Of a stretch of 64,000 bases of DNA, positions 19,910 to 30,569 are shown piece by piece; the first letter of the stretch is position 1; every line of letters starts with the position of its first letter. The position numbers were made by a program, and so were the translations under genes. Source of the DNA: a bacterium (GTDB lineage: Bacteria > UBA8248 > JACPRG01 > G963555815); contig OZ244653.1 of assembly GCA_965218795.1 (NCBI GenBank), positions 1,536,001 through 1,600,000 on the forward strand, given 5' to 3'. A model generated the notes under the pieces. That model worked only from the letters and a program-made list of their open reading frames with translations. It was not told the DNA's origin and searched no databases.

Positions 19910-20704
19910 ATGCCGAATGTGACTGTGAAGGGATTGAGACTGAACTATCTGGTACGAGGCGAGGGGCCGCCCATGATTCTTTCCCACGGGTTTCAAAACT
20001 CCAACTTCGCGTTTCGGCCGATTATGGATCGGCTTGCCGAACGGTTTCAGATATTCGCTCTCGATAAGCGGGGACACGGGGATTCCGACAAACCTCCCGG
20101 ACCCTATCGGATTCAGGATTTCGCGGACGACCTCCTCGGGTTTCTCGATGTCATGAACTTGGACCAGGTGGATTTTCTCGGCCACAGCATGGGCGGGCGG
20201 ACGGGCACGCTCTTCTCGATTGAGCACAGCGATCGGTTGAGCCGTCTGATGCTGGTATCCTCCTCGGCGGGCGCCCCGTCCGGCGAGTATCGCAAGCACT
20301 TCGCGCTGCTCGAGCAAGTCGCCATTGCGGAAGGGATGGAGGCCGTGTTCGACCACGAGGAGTTTCGCCGGCCGCTTCCCCCCCCATTGCTGGAGGGCCC
20401 GCTTGCGGAGGAGTATCGCGGACGCTTTTTGAAGAATACGCCAGCGACCTTCACCGACACGGCGCACGCCCTCTTCACCATGCCGGACGTAACCGACCGT
20501 CTGGGCGAGATCAGCGTCCCGACCTGGGTCTGCTATGGAGAGAACGATCCCGGCCCGCTCGACTTCAGCGACCTTTATCTGGAAAGAATCCCGAACTGCA
20601 AGCGGGTCATCCTCGACGGCTCGGGCCATTACCCGATCTGGGACAGCACCGAACGCTTCCTGAAAGCTCTTGATGAGTTTTTAGCGAAAGTTCCGATTCC
20701 TTAA
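19910..20704 (+). CDS. alpha/beta hydrolase (PcaD/RutD-like)
   Basis: SHGF, DKRGHGDS, GHSMGG nucleophile elbow, GEND, SGHY. Confidence 0.88.
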   Translation: MPNVTVKGLRLNYLVRGEGPPMILSHGFQNSNFAFRPIMDRLAERFQIFALDKRGHGDSDKPPGPYRIQDFADDLLGFLDVMNLDQVDFLGHSMGGRTGTLFSIEHSDRLSRLMLVSSSAGAPSGEYRKHFALLEQVAIAEGMEAVFDHEEFRRPLPPPLLEGPLAEEYRGRFLKNTPATFTDTAHALFTMPDVTDRLGEISVPTWVCYGENDPGPLDFSDLYLERIPNCKRVILDGSGHYPIWDSTERFLKALDEFLAKVPIP

Positions 20705-20987
20705 TCATCAGAGCCCAGTCCGACTGTCTTGTTCTCCCGGGGGACATTTTGAAAACCGCCCGCCCCGGGTCCCCCTCTAAAACTTTTGACGGCCAAGCCG
20801 ATGGCTTGGCCTGATCGCGACGGCACGACTTCGGATTAAGGCCGGTCTGTCAGCACGGAACGTCAGAGACCCATTCTCATCCGCGGAATGGCCGGCACGC
20901 CAGTGCCCAAAAGCGCCCCTCATCTTCAGAGCCAAATCGACCACTCGTTGTCTTCTGGATCCTATCGCTTTGCTTCCTGCTGCCCGC

Positions 20988-21824
20988 TTAGCCCCAGAGG
21001 AGCGCCATGTCGTCGGCGTCCAGCGGCAGGTCGGCAGCGGCGACGTTCTCCCGAAGGTGCTTGATTGAGCTCGTTCCGGGAATCGGAAGGATGACGTCCG
21101 ATCGCCGGAGCAACGCCGCCAGCATGACCTGCGCGACGGTCGCGCCGTGCTTGCCGGCCACCTGCCGATAGGCTTTGTCCCGGGGCAGGTTCCCGTTCGC
21201 CAGCGGCCTCCAGGGGATAAACGCTATGCGCTTCTCCTCGCAATATTCCAGTACGTCGTCATCGGTACGCGAGGTGACGTTGTAGAGGTTCTGCACGGAG
21301 ACGACCTCAATCTCCCGGCAGGCCTCTTCGAGCTGGGCGAGGCTGACGTTGGATACGCCGATGTGCCGGATTTTGCCCTCCCGCTGAAATTCCTTGAACG
21401 CGCCGATGGATTCCGAAAACGGGACGCGGGAGTCGGGCGTGTGAAACTGGTAGAGATCGATGCGGTCGACCCGAAGCCGCTTCAGGCTCCCCTCCAGAGC
21501 CTCGCGCAGGTGCTCGGGTCTGCCGTCCGGAACCCAGGACGGCTCGGTGTCATGCAGGAAACCGCCCTTCGTGGCGATGACCAATCCGTCATAGGGGTGG
21601 AGGGCCTCGCGGACGACGTCCTCTGAATGCCCCGGCCCGTAGGAGTCGGCCGTATCGATGAAGTTCACGCCCAGCCGGACGGCCTCTTTCACAAGCTCCG
21701 CCGCCCCGGGACGCGGCGGCCCGAAGGCCCTGCCGGTCGTGACGAAGAGGGTCCCGAACCCCAGCCGCCGGATTTCGAGATCCCCGCCCAGATTGAACGT
21801 TTCTTGATACCTGTCAGTCGCCAT
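20988..21824 (-). CDS. aldo/keto reductase
   Basis: FIDTADSYGPG, IATKGG, SLKRLRVDRIDLYQFH, IGVSN, PIPGTSSIKHLREN. Confidence 0.92.
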   Translation of the reverse strand: MATDRYQETFNLGGDLEIRRLGFGTLFVTTGRAFGPPRPGAAELVKEAVRLGVNFIDTADSYGPGHSEDVVREALHPYDGLVIATKGGFLHDTEPSWVPDGRPEHLREALEGSLKRLRVDRIDLYQFHTPDSRVPFSESIGAFKEFQREGKIRHIGVSNVSLAQLEEACREIEVVSVQNLYNVTSRTDDDVLEYCEEKRIAFIPWRPLANGNLPRDKAYRQVAGKHGATVAQVMLAALLRRSDVILPIPGTSSIKHLRENVAAADLPLDADDMALLWG

Positions 21825-21836
21825 GTCTGCTCCGCT

Positions 21837-22262
21837 CTACTCGCGAATCTGGCCGTATACGCGCTCTGGAGGCACCAGCACCACCGTACCCTCCTGCTTC
21901 ACCATGGCTTGGTCGTATTCCTCCCAGTCGGGATGATCCTGGTCGCCGCAGGCCCGGTACACCTCCCGGAGCATGATCCGGACCTTCTCGGCGTCCGTGT
22001 TGTTGTAATCGAACAACTGCGCGTTGCCTTCCACGCTGACCCAGCTCCGCCAGTCTTTTGCGACCGTCAGAATGGTGCACCGCGGATCGCGCTGCAAGTT
22101 CCTGACCTTTTTCGATTTGCCGTGCACGGACACGAATGCCGCGCTGCCTTGATACGCCCCGCATACGACGATGCTCGAGTGCGCCGCCCCGTTGGACTGA
22201 TGGGTGGTCACAATGCCCCAATGATGCCGCTCCATAAACGGTCGGGCCTGTTCAAAATCCAT
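21837..22262 (-). CDS. PPOX-class (split beta-barrel) probable F420-dependent oxidoreductase
   Basis: KVRNLQRDPRCTI, WVSVEG, HPDWEEYDQAMV, RVYG. Confidence 0.85.
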   Translation of the reverse strand: MDFEQARPFMERHHWGIVTTHQSNGAAHSSIVVCGAYQGSAAFVSVHGKSKKVRNLQRDPRCTILTVAKDWRSWVSVEGNAQLFDYNNTDAEKVRIMLREVYRACGDQDHPDWEEYDQAMVKQEGTVVLVPPERVYGQIRE

Positions 22263-22594
22263 ATCGCCGTTTTTCTCCTCCCCCGCTGTGACACGGACCC
22301 GGGCCTCTCCCCTGTCGGCCGAATTCCCCCGTTCCGTCTTTGAAAAGGATCCATCTCACGCAGAAAGCGAATGGGTCCCGTCAAGCATACCAAAAAACAG
22401 GCCTTGCGCCGTGCTCCACGATCCTCATCAGCCGGTCAGCCCCGAAGGGAGCGGATGACCAGCCTGCCACATCGCGGGGTTCGGGCCGCGACTCCCTGGT
22501 CCGCCTCCCCGGCCTGGGGCATTGGACGGTCGCTCAGCTTGCGCAGAGGAAATTGAACGGGGAGCCATCGGCTCAACAGTCGATGAGACCGGCG

Positions 22595-24788
22595 TTACTC
22601 TTCCTGATACGGTCCCCGGACGACTTTTGCTCTCGCACCCTGGCCGCCGGCGGGGGGGGTCGCCACGTAATGCGCCGGCGGGTCCTGACCGTTGGTCGCG
22701 CGCCGGCGCGCCTGCTCCGGCGATTCCAGCAGGTCCTTCGCGGCCAACGCGGCTTCCCGGTCAACCGGAACCGGCCCGGGCGCATCGGGGGGCGGCATCA
22801 TATTGGCGTGGTAATAGGCGAACTTTTGTTTCGCCGAATCGATCTTTCGATGCGGATCGATATCCCGCTCGTTGGTCCCCCTGGCCTCCACCGCCACTCC
22901 GTCAACCAATTCGTGATCGAACCACCATTTCTTCGCCGGGTTTCGTTTTCCGTTCCCCAGCCGGTCGTCGAGCCAGGTAAAGACGGGTACCCTGACGGGG
23001 TTGAGCCACTTCGCGTGGATCCCCAGCCAGCTGATAAACCGGGTCACCAGCGGACCGTCGACATCGATGACCTGGTTCAGCGGACATGTCTTCATGCACC
23101 GGCCGCAAGCCGATCCCTTGGGATTGGTCAACCGATAGCGGGTGCAGCGCTCGACCTCCGGCTTCCACATCTCATAGCCGTTGAACATCACCTTGCCGCC
23201 GACCGTGATGGCGTCGCAGGGGCATTCCCGGGCGCACTTGAGACAATTGCCGCAGAAATACTGCAGGTCGAAATCAATCGGCTTGTCGACTTCCAGGGGG
23301 ATGTCCGTGGTCAGCGCCACTGACTTGAACCGCGGCCCGACGAAGGGGTTGAGGACCAGTTCTCCAATTCGGCTCAACTCACCCAGACCTGCCCAGAGAA
23401 CCAGCGGAATATGAAGGACGTCGCTGTCGGCATTGGTCTGAGGACGCGCCGGGAACCCGATACTCCGGAGGACTTCCGCCATGACGCCCGCGATCTCCCC
23501 CCCGCGCAAATAAGCCCGCATGGATTGAGCGCCTGAGATCCAGTCGTCGCCGCTCGCCCCTTCCATCGTATCGAACTCCTGATCGATCAACATCACGATC
23601 GCATACTTGTGATAGGTATCGATCGGCGTTCCGTCCTCTCTGTGGGAAAACCAGGCATAACGGGGAATTTCGCAAATTCCCGTCAGATCGGAGCCGAGGA
23701 AATAGGACAGCGACTTCAGCGCCCGCGCATTCGCGGATGGATCCCCATAGCGGCCCGGATCGGCTTCGGCCGACTCGCCGTCCTGATAGGGAACCATCGA
23801 CCGCACCAGGCGCAGCTGACTGAAAGACAGGGGAGTCTTGAACGCGAAGCGCGATCGCTCCTTCTGGGCCCGTTCTCCCAAGTCGCCCTGAAGCGCCCGT
23901 TCGAAAAACGCGGCGCGTTTGGGGATCCGTGGCACCTCATCGTCAAGGATCAGAGTCGTCGGGCGATCGACACGCTTCACGGTCTCCATGGGATACCGGC
24001 TGTCGTGCGTTTGCCGCCGGGCGCGCCGGTTGCGTTCCCGTCCCGACTGCGCCCCGTTGAGCCCCCACCAATATCGAATCCCCTTGGCCCGCAGGGCGTT
24101 CGTGTGGAGAGGCCGGTCCACGGCGATCTCATAATCGGTCGAAACCACGGAGAGCGAGAATTTCCTGCCCACATAGGGGTTTACGATTTCATTCCCCTGA
24201 CGCACGACAAGACCCGCAAGCACCGCCAGGCGATCCGCATCCAGGAACTCGTAACCGGCGAGATGCGCCCGGGCCGAGAAGCCCATGTTCCGGATATGCC
24301 CGGCCACGACCACTGCGATCTCGGCACACCGCATCTCGGAGGCGGCGCCGACCGCCGGCACAATCCACTCCCTGGCGAGATTGCCGGGTTCCGGGACTCG
24401 ACCGTGCTCGACGAGAACCACGACAGCGTAATCATGCGCCTCCCTCTCGGCGTCGAGAAGCCAAGCATGATCGGGAATCCGGCAAGTCCCCACCTGACTC
24501 GCGTCCATGAAGTAGGCGGCACCTTTGAGGTCCATCACCCTTCGGCCGGGATCGTCCGGCAGCGGAGCTCGAACCGGAACACACTCCTGCACGTCCAACC
24601 TGGCAAAGATTTCGCGGTAACGATCGATGGCGTCAACTGAGGATGCCGTTGTTCGGCATACGATTCGGAAGGAGGCAGGGCGGCCTTTCAGATTCGACGG
24701 CGGTGACGGAGTCGTCACGCGGCAGGGTCTCCAGTGGAAACGGGCCCAGATGATAAGGGCGGTTCCTCGACTTCAAATAAAAGAACAT
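22595..24788 (-). pseudogene. rdhA: catabolic-type (non-Tat, duplicated-domain) reductive dehalogenase with a frameshift near 24636
   Basis: SGAQSMRAY, AGLGELSRIGELVLNPFVGPRFK, FCGNCLKCARECP, CGRCMKTCP; true N-terminus MFFYLKSRNRPYHLGPFPLETLPRD starts at 24788 in another frame and stops at TGA 24635-24633. Confidence 0.85.
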
Positions 24789-24823
24789 CGCGTTGTTTCT
24801 CTTTGTACGTTACCGTTGTCCTT

Positions 24824-24890
24824 CTTCATTCCCAATGAAACCAGAGCCGCTTCCGTCTGCCGCTCCTGAACTGGACCATTGGGAATGAAG
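24824..24890. promoter_or_regulatory. 14-bp inverted repeat upstream of rdhA
   Basis: CTTCATTCCCAATG (24824-24837) ... CATTGGGAATGAAG (24877-24890). Confidence 0.55.
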
Positions 24891-25226
24891 TTCCGTATCA
24901 GTCCACGTCCCGGTGAACTGCTCCGAACTGTCTTGCTGTCCTTATCCGCCACCGTCTGGGTTCGCTTGGACAGAGGCCACCCCCATCATACTTGCAATCG
25001 AAACAATGGATCGATGAAATGATTGCGTGTGCCCCGGCCTTGAAAGGCAGGGTTGGACGGGATGCCCGTCCGTTCGCGTTTCGGCGGAACGCCGCGCCAT
25101 ACCAAGTTACTCCCCCGATGATTCGGGACATGGCTATTATAAACTTTTCAGAACTGAAGAAGATTGAATCCCTCTCTTTCAGCAATCAACTTTCATGTGT
25201 GAATCAACGCCCGAGGGGGAAGTCGG

Positions 25227-26012
25227 ATGGAGTTTGTCCTGAAAATGGCCGGGCTTGGGGTCGTCGGCTTCGCGGTAGGGTTCATCGGCGCGATGGTGGG
25301 CCTCGTTCTGGGCTCGCTCCGCCTTCCGGTGGTCGTGGCGGTGACGGCCACCCCGGGGATTGCCGCCGGAACCAACATCGCCATCAGCGCCATGACCGCC
25401 CTCTCGGGGACCCTTCGTCACTGGCGGGAAGGCAGGGTAAGCGGTGTTCTTCTGGCGAGCATGGGCTCCGCTTCGATGGTCGGGGCATTTTTCGGCGGGT
25501 TCTACAGCCGGCTCCTTCCTTCCTCCATCCTTTTCGCCCTGATCGGGCTCGTCCTCGCCCAGTCGGGAATCAATCTGGGGTTTTCCCGAAGCGGGCCCTC
25601 AAGCAAAGGCTCCACCTCGCCCCCTGAGAAGCCGGTCGGGGGCGCGCGCGTGGCCTGCCTTGCGGCCGCCTTGGGTCTGGTGGTGGGAATTCTCGGCGGG
25701 ATGGTCGGGCTCGTATTGGGGGCGCTCAGGCTTCCGGCGATGATCCGCTGGATGGGCGTGGACCCCCGTATCGCCGCGGGCACCAACATGGCCGTCGGTT
25801 TTCTGGTCGGCCTGTTCGGCTTTTTAGGACATTGGCTTCACGCAGAGTTCAATCTCTGGGTGTTGGCGGTCATGGGAGGGGGAGCCATGTGGGGGTCCAA
25901 CCGCGGGGCCAGGATGACGGGCCTAGTGGAGCCGAACGCGCTGAAGCGGTGGATCGGCCGGCTGCTCTGCCTCATCGCCGCATTCATGTTCTTCCGGGCG
26001 GTCAGCGACTGA
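25227..26012 (+). CDS. TSUP (TauE/SafE) family transporter
   Basis: Internal duplication GxVGLVLGxLRLP...AAGTN(I/M)A; about 8 TM segments. Confidence 0.88.
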   Translation: MEFVLKMAGLGVVGFAVGFIGAMVGLVLGSLRLPVVVAVTATPGIAAGTNIAISAMTALSGTLRHWREGRVSGVLLASMGSASMVGAFFGGFYSRLLPSSILFALIGLVLAQSGINLGFSRSGPSSKGSTSPPEKPVGGARVACLAAALGLVVGILGGMVGLVLGALRLPAMIRWMGVDPRIAAGTNMAVGFLVGLFGFLGHWLHAEFNLWVLAVMGGGAMWGSNRGARMTGLVEPNALKRWIGRLLCLIAAFMFFRAVSD

Positions 26013-26084
26013 TTGGGATAGAGACCCCGGGTCTCGCGCAGCGGGAGGTGGCCCGCCTGCGGCCCTGCGCCTTCCTCCCCGCTG

Positions 26085-26794
26085 TCATTTTCCCCCGTTG
26101 GCCGTCCGTGAACCCGCCAGGGAGGGCTCCGCGTCGCGGTAGGTGTCCAGGGCCCCGAAGACCTCTTTGGCATCGGCAACCTGTCCGAACAGGAAATCCA
26201 TGTTCTTCAGGGCCGTCCGGTGCAGTTCCTCGTCCCACGTCGCCACGCAATCACGGACCACCACGTTGTAGTAGTCGTAGAAGAAGGCGTGCCGGACGGT
26301 GGATTCAACGCAGACATGCGTGGCAATACCGATAAAGATGAGCGTCCGGATTCCCATGCTCCTCAGAATCAGATTGAGATCGGTGTCGATAAACGCGTTG
26401 AACCGGTGTTTGGCAACGATGATATCCTCCTTCAGGGGCTGTACCTCGCCGTAAAATTCGCATCCCCAGGTTCCGTCCACGCACAAGGGATGTTCATGGT
26501 AGACACCGCTGCGGGTTCGCCGGGCTTGGGAGAGAAAGACGTCCGAAAGGTAGCGGTTGTCTTCGGCATTGTAGACACATTTGATGAAGATGACCGGGAT
26601 CCCCCGCCCTCGGATCTCGGGGATGAATCGGCTCAGATCGGCCTCGATATCCCCAAACCGCTGGACATCAAACCGACGCGGCCGAAAACGCCTTCCTGGG
26701 CCACGAAATCGTTCTGATAATCCACAACGATAAGGGCAGTATGCCTGGGGTCCACCTTTTCTTCCAGGGTCAAAAGCATGTCCTTAGCCATCAT
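26085..26794 (-). pseudogene. isochorismatase-family cysteine hydrolase (RutB-like), 1-nt deletion near 26670
   Basis: N-terminal TALIVVDYQNDF is in a different frame from KHRFNAFIDTDL...GIATHVCVESTVRHAF; break at GGTTTGAT. Confidence 0.85.
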
Positions 26795-27256
26795 CGCTTC
26801 TCCCTATCGTGCGGTGAGCCGGCGTCTCCTTGCGGACCGGTTCCTAGCTTTGAGCCAATTTTTTGTCGATAACCCACAAGAGCATATACCGATTTCCGGA
26901 TATTATGCACGGGCCGGCGCCGCCGGGGCAACCTTTTTGCTGCACACGCCCTCCCCCGCGGCTTTTCACGGTTCCAGAGGATCCGGACCTGAAGCGGAGA
27001 ATGGGGATAGTCCTTGAATTTGCACTTCCAACCGACTATGGTTTTCCTATGACCTGTGTGCTACGGCTGGGAATCGAACATGCGCTGCCGCTCCTGTGCT
27101 CAAGAAGGTGCCGGGCCTCTTTTGGCCGCCGCCCTTCCGAATCGCGCAGCTCCCCCGGCGTAAGCAGACCCGGACGCTCTTTTCAATCGAAGATGGGAGA
27201 TGGGACCGGCGCCGTTTCAAGCTCCGGACCTTGTTCCCTCACAGGGAGGAACCCCC

Positions 27257-29881
27257 ATGGTTGGCACGCTGGATAATGAGGCGGAGGTGGAGGCGAAACA
27301 GACGGCCTCGGACTGGGTGCGTACGGCCTGCATCCTCTGCCTCAACCGCTGCGGGATCCTTGCCCACCGCACCGAGGACGGCTACGTCGACAAGATCGTC
27401 GGCGACCCGGAAAACCCGCACAACGAAGGGAAGACCTGCGCCAAGGGGAACTCGGGGATGGAAGGAATCGCCACCGAGACGAGAATCACGACCCCCCTGC
27501 GAAGGACCAACCCGGAAAAGGGTATCGGCGTCGACCCCGGTTTCGAACCCATTTCCTGGGAAGCGGCCCTGGACGAGGTCGCGCGGAACCTCAAGGAGGT
27601 CTACGAAGAGGACCCCACTCAGCTTCTGATCTTCATCTTCGACGCCTTCCATTTGCGGGGTTCCTTTCTTCCTTCTTTCGCCACCGGATTCGGGTCGCCG
27701 CAGTTCAGTTCGGGGGGTGCGGCGTTCTTCTGCGGGAACAACGTCCATCCGATTCACATCCTGATGCAAAATGCCTTCGAGGGAACCCCGGACCCCCACT
27801 ACAGCGAGTACATTCTCCACTTCGGCTCCCAGTACGGATCGGTGGTCCACTACGACACGATGAAGAGCACCCGCATGCTGGCGGGGAGGCGGCCCGGAAA
27901 GATGAAGCAGGTCGTCGTTGACCCTGTTTGCAGCCCCGCCGCCTCCAGGGCCGAGGAGTGGGTTCCTATTCGTCCGGGCACCGACGCCGCCCTCATCCTG
28001 GGAATGGCCAACCTGATGCTCAACGAGAACGGGCACTACGACGGACCCTTCCTCCGGAAATCCACCAATGCGCCCTACCTGGTCGGAGAGGATGAGCTGT
28101 ACGTCCGCGACCCCGAGACCGACAAGCCCCTCGTCTGGGACGCCGCCACCAACTCGGCCAAGCCGTTTGACGCCGATGTGGGAGAGTTCGCCCTGGAAGG
28201 GCTTTTCGAGGTGAACGGGAAGCCCGCCAAGACGGCCTTCCAGGCGCTCAAGGAGCACGTGACCCGTTATACGCCGGAATTCGTCGAGGAGGTGACTACA
28301 GTTCCCCGGGATACCGTTCGCCGTCTGGCCCGGGAGTACGGAGAGGCCGCGCACATCGGCGAGACCATCGAGATCGACGGCGTGGAGCTCCCCTTCCGCC
28401 CTGCCTCGGTGACCTGGTACCGGGGGCTGTCGGCGCACAAGCATTCGTTCCTGGCGGGTCTGTCCATCAGCCTGCTTCCGACCCTCATTGGAGGGCTCGA
28501 CGTTCCCGGCGGGCTTCTGGGCGATCCCTACGCCAGCGGGGGCAGGGGGATCTCCGGCCGGAGATACTCGGTCGAAGCGAGCCCCGACGGCCTCCTCATT
28601 CCGAAGGTCAGCACCAAGGGGGGAGCCGTGGGCGGAGGACTCATCGCGGGACCCTATCCGCCTCGCAAGGCCCGGCCGCCCCTCACGCCGCAAATGTTCG
28701 AACTCCTCCCGGTTAGCGGCGTAGGCGCCGTCTTCTACCTGCTCACCTCTGAGAAGGAGGACGTGTACAAACCGCCCCCCTTCCCCAAGATGCTCATTCA
28801 GCATCAATCCAATATCGTCAAGACCTCGGGACCTCCGGATACTGTGGAGCGTTTCCTCAAGCGCATCCCCTTCATCACCAGCATCACGCGGCACATGGAG
28901 GAGACGACGGAGTTCGCCGACATCGTCCTGCCGGACCTCCATCATCTGGAGCGGCTGGTCCCCTTCGTCTACAACAACATCGGCTCCGGCGATAGTTGTC
29001 TCACGACCTACGGGTCCAAACCGGTCGTGCACCCGACCTTCGATCACCCCTTTGAAGGGGAGTACGTGGATGTGATGCAGATCTTCCTGGAGCTGGCTCG
29101 GCGGGCCGGATTCCTGGGAGACTTCTACGAGGCCTTCAACCTCATCGCGGGGCTCCAGGGCGAATACCGTCTCGACCCCCAGGGTCAGTACGCGTACCAG
29201 GAAATCGTGGACCGGTTTCTGAAGAATGAGCTGGGGCCGGACAAAGGGCTGGAGTGGTATATGGAGGACGGCTTGTGGTCGGGAGAGAAGGCCGTCGAAG
29301 ACAAGTACCCGCGCCCTTTCGTTACGCCCCGGTGCCAGATCTACTTCGAATTCTTGAAGCCTGCGGGCGAGGACGTTCGGCAGATGACCCGGAAACTGGA
29401 TATCCCCTGGGATACCCAGGACTACCAAGTCCTCCCCGATTGGAAACCCGGACCTTCGTATCGGCACCCGGCTCCTCACGACCTCTGCGTGATCAACATG
29501 AAGGTGCCGAACCACGCCCTCTCACACACCCATCGGAATCCGCTCCTTCAGTCGCTTTCCGCCCGTCACAGCGACCTTCGAACCGTCTGGATCAACACCC
29601 GGACCGCGGCGGACCGGGGCATTGAGGAGGGTGATTGGATCGTGATCGAGACCCCCGAGGGAAGGCGGCAAAGGGCCATCGCGAGGGTCACCGAGCTCAT
29701 TCATCCGGAAGCTCTGGCGACACAGGGCTGCGGCGGCGGTTGGGTGGACCCCGCCACGAGACAGGAGGTCGACTTCAACGCCCTGCTCGCCATCGACGAG
29801 GACCACATCGATTTCATCAACGGAGCGCTCGACTCCGTCATCGCCGCGCGGGTCTTCAAGGATGGCGAGGCGAGGAATTGA
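27257..29881 (+). CDS. DMSO-reductase-family molybdopterin (bis-MGD) oxidoreductase catalytic subunit, no Tat signal
   Basis: CILCLNRC...CAKG FS0 motif, TPLRRTNPEKG, WVPIRPGTD, EFADIVLPD, VWINTRTAADRGI; GGGAGG RBS. Confidence 0.9.
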   Translation: MVGTLDNEAEVEAKQTASDWVRTACILCLNRCGILAHRTEDGYVDKIVGDPENPHNEGKTCAKGNSGMEGIATETRITTPLRRTNPEKGIGVDPGFEPISWEAALDEVARNLKEVYEEDPTQLLIFIFDAFHLRGSFLPSFATGFGSPQFSSGGAAFFCGNNVHPIHILMQNAFEGTPDPHYSEYILHFGSQYGSVVHYDTMKSTRMLAGRRPGKMKQVVVDPVCSPAASRAEEWVPIRPGTDAALILGMANLMLNENGHYDGPFLRKSTNAPYLVGEDELYVRDPETDKPLVWDAATNSAKPFDADVGEFALEGLFEVNGKPAKTAFQALKEHVTRYTPEFVEEVTTVPRDTVRRLAREYGEAAHIGETIEIDGVELPFRPASVTWYRGLSAHKHSFLAGLSISLLPTLIGGLDVPGGLLGDPYASGGRGISGRRYSVEASPDGLLIPKVSTKGGAVGGGLIAGPYPPRKARPPLTPQMFELLPVSGVGAVFYLLTSEKEDVYKPPPFPKMLIQHQSNIVKTSGPPDTVERFLKRIPFITSITRHMEETTEFADIVLPDLHHLERLVPFVYNNIGSGDSCLTTYGSKPVVHPTFDHPFEGEYVDVMQIFLELARRAGFLGDFYEAFNLIAGLQGEYRLDPQGQYAYQEIVDRFLKNELGPDKGLEWYMEDGLWSGEKAVEDKYPRPFVTPRCQIYFEFLKPAGEDVRQMTRKLDIPWDTQDYQVLPDWKPGPSYRHPAPHDLCVINMKVPNHALSHTHRNPLLQSLSARHSDLRTVWINTRTAADRGIEEGDWIVIETPEGRRQRAIARVTELIHPEALATQGCGGGWVDPATRQEVDFNALLAIDEDHIDFINGALDSVIAARVFKDGEARN

Positions 29882-30122
29882 GGCCCGGGCCTCTTCGCCT
29901 TGATTCTACGGTGCAGGCCCTGGTTGGATTGCCCACAAAGCGCGCCCGAGACGAACCATGACCGTTCGTACTTTGGCGGTGAGTCGCCATTGAAGTTTCC
30001 CCAAAACCGTCTTGCAGTCTCGCCAACCTTTCTAAAACCATTTGCCCCCAGAGATCCACTGACTTCCATTTGTGAAAGATGGATTTCGGATCGGATTGCG
30101 GAAGCCGGTCTGACGCCCTGAA

Positions 30123-30332
30123 TCACTTTGTGTGCACCTTAAGAGGGAGAAGAGTGGAATGATTCACATTCAAAGCTCCGGATAGATGTAAAGAACTTAG
30201 TTGCGCCACCGCATCCTTCACGCTGAACATGGGCCTGAACGCATTCAAAATCACCCCCGCGGCAAGAACGGCCAGGATGAAGATAACCGACTTCTGCAAC
30301 TTTATTTCATGTCTGATCACGTTATCTTTCAT
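30123..30332 (-). CDS. small hypothetical membrane-anchored protein
   Basis: AAGGGAG RBS; one hydrophobic segment VIFILAVLAAGVILNAF; low-GC region. Confidence 0.5.
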   Translation of the reverse strand: MKDNVIRHEIKLQKSVIFILAVLAAGVILNAFRPMFSVKDAVAQLSSLHLSGALNVNHSTLLPLKVHTK

Positions 30333-30527
30333 GGTTTTCTCCCTTAAAACAGGTTGTAACCTTGTCACTCCTCCATCAACTCCAAAACCCAATCCATGAC
30401 TCGAAGGGTATCGGGGGAAAAAGCGTTATTTTAGGGGGAGTGGGGACCTTCTTGTATGGAGGGACGGGTCAATCAGTTTTGGAATTACTTGCCATTATGG
30501 GATAATTACATAACGAAGATTGAGATG

Positions 30528-30569
30528 CCACTACATGTTGTGGTTAGCCCAAAACACAACATCTTATGG
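30528..30569. promoter_or_regulatory. tandem NrdR-box-like palindromes
   Basis: CCACTACATGTTGTGG (30528-30543) and ACACAACATCTTATGG (30554-30569) resemble the acaCwAtATaTwGtgt consensus. Confidence 0.55.

Noticed and set aside
27239-29515. Long antisense ORFs (758 aa here; similar ones at 41066-42913, 45962-47944, 55348-57207)
   Set aside because: Shadow ORFs opposite well-supported genes, expected in high-GC DNA; no recognisable motifs.
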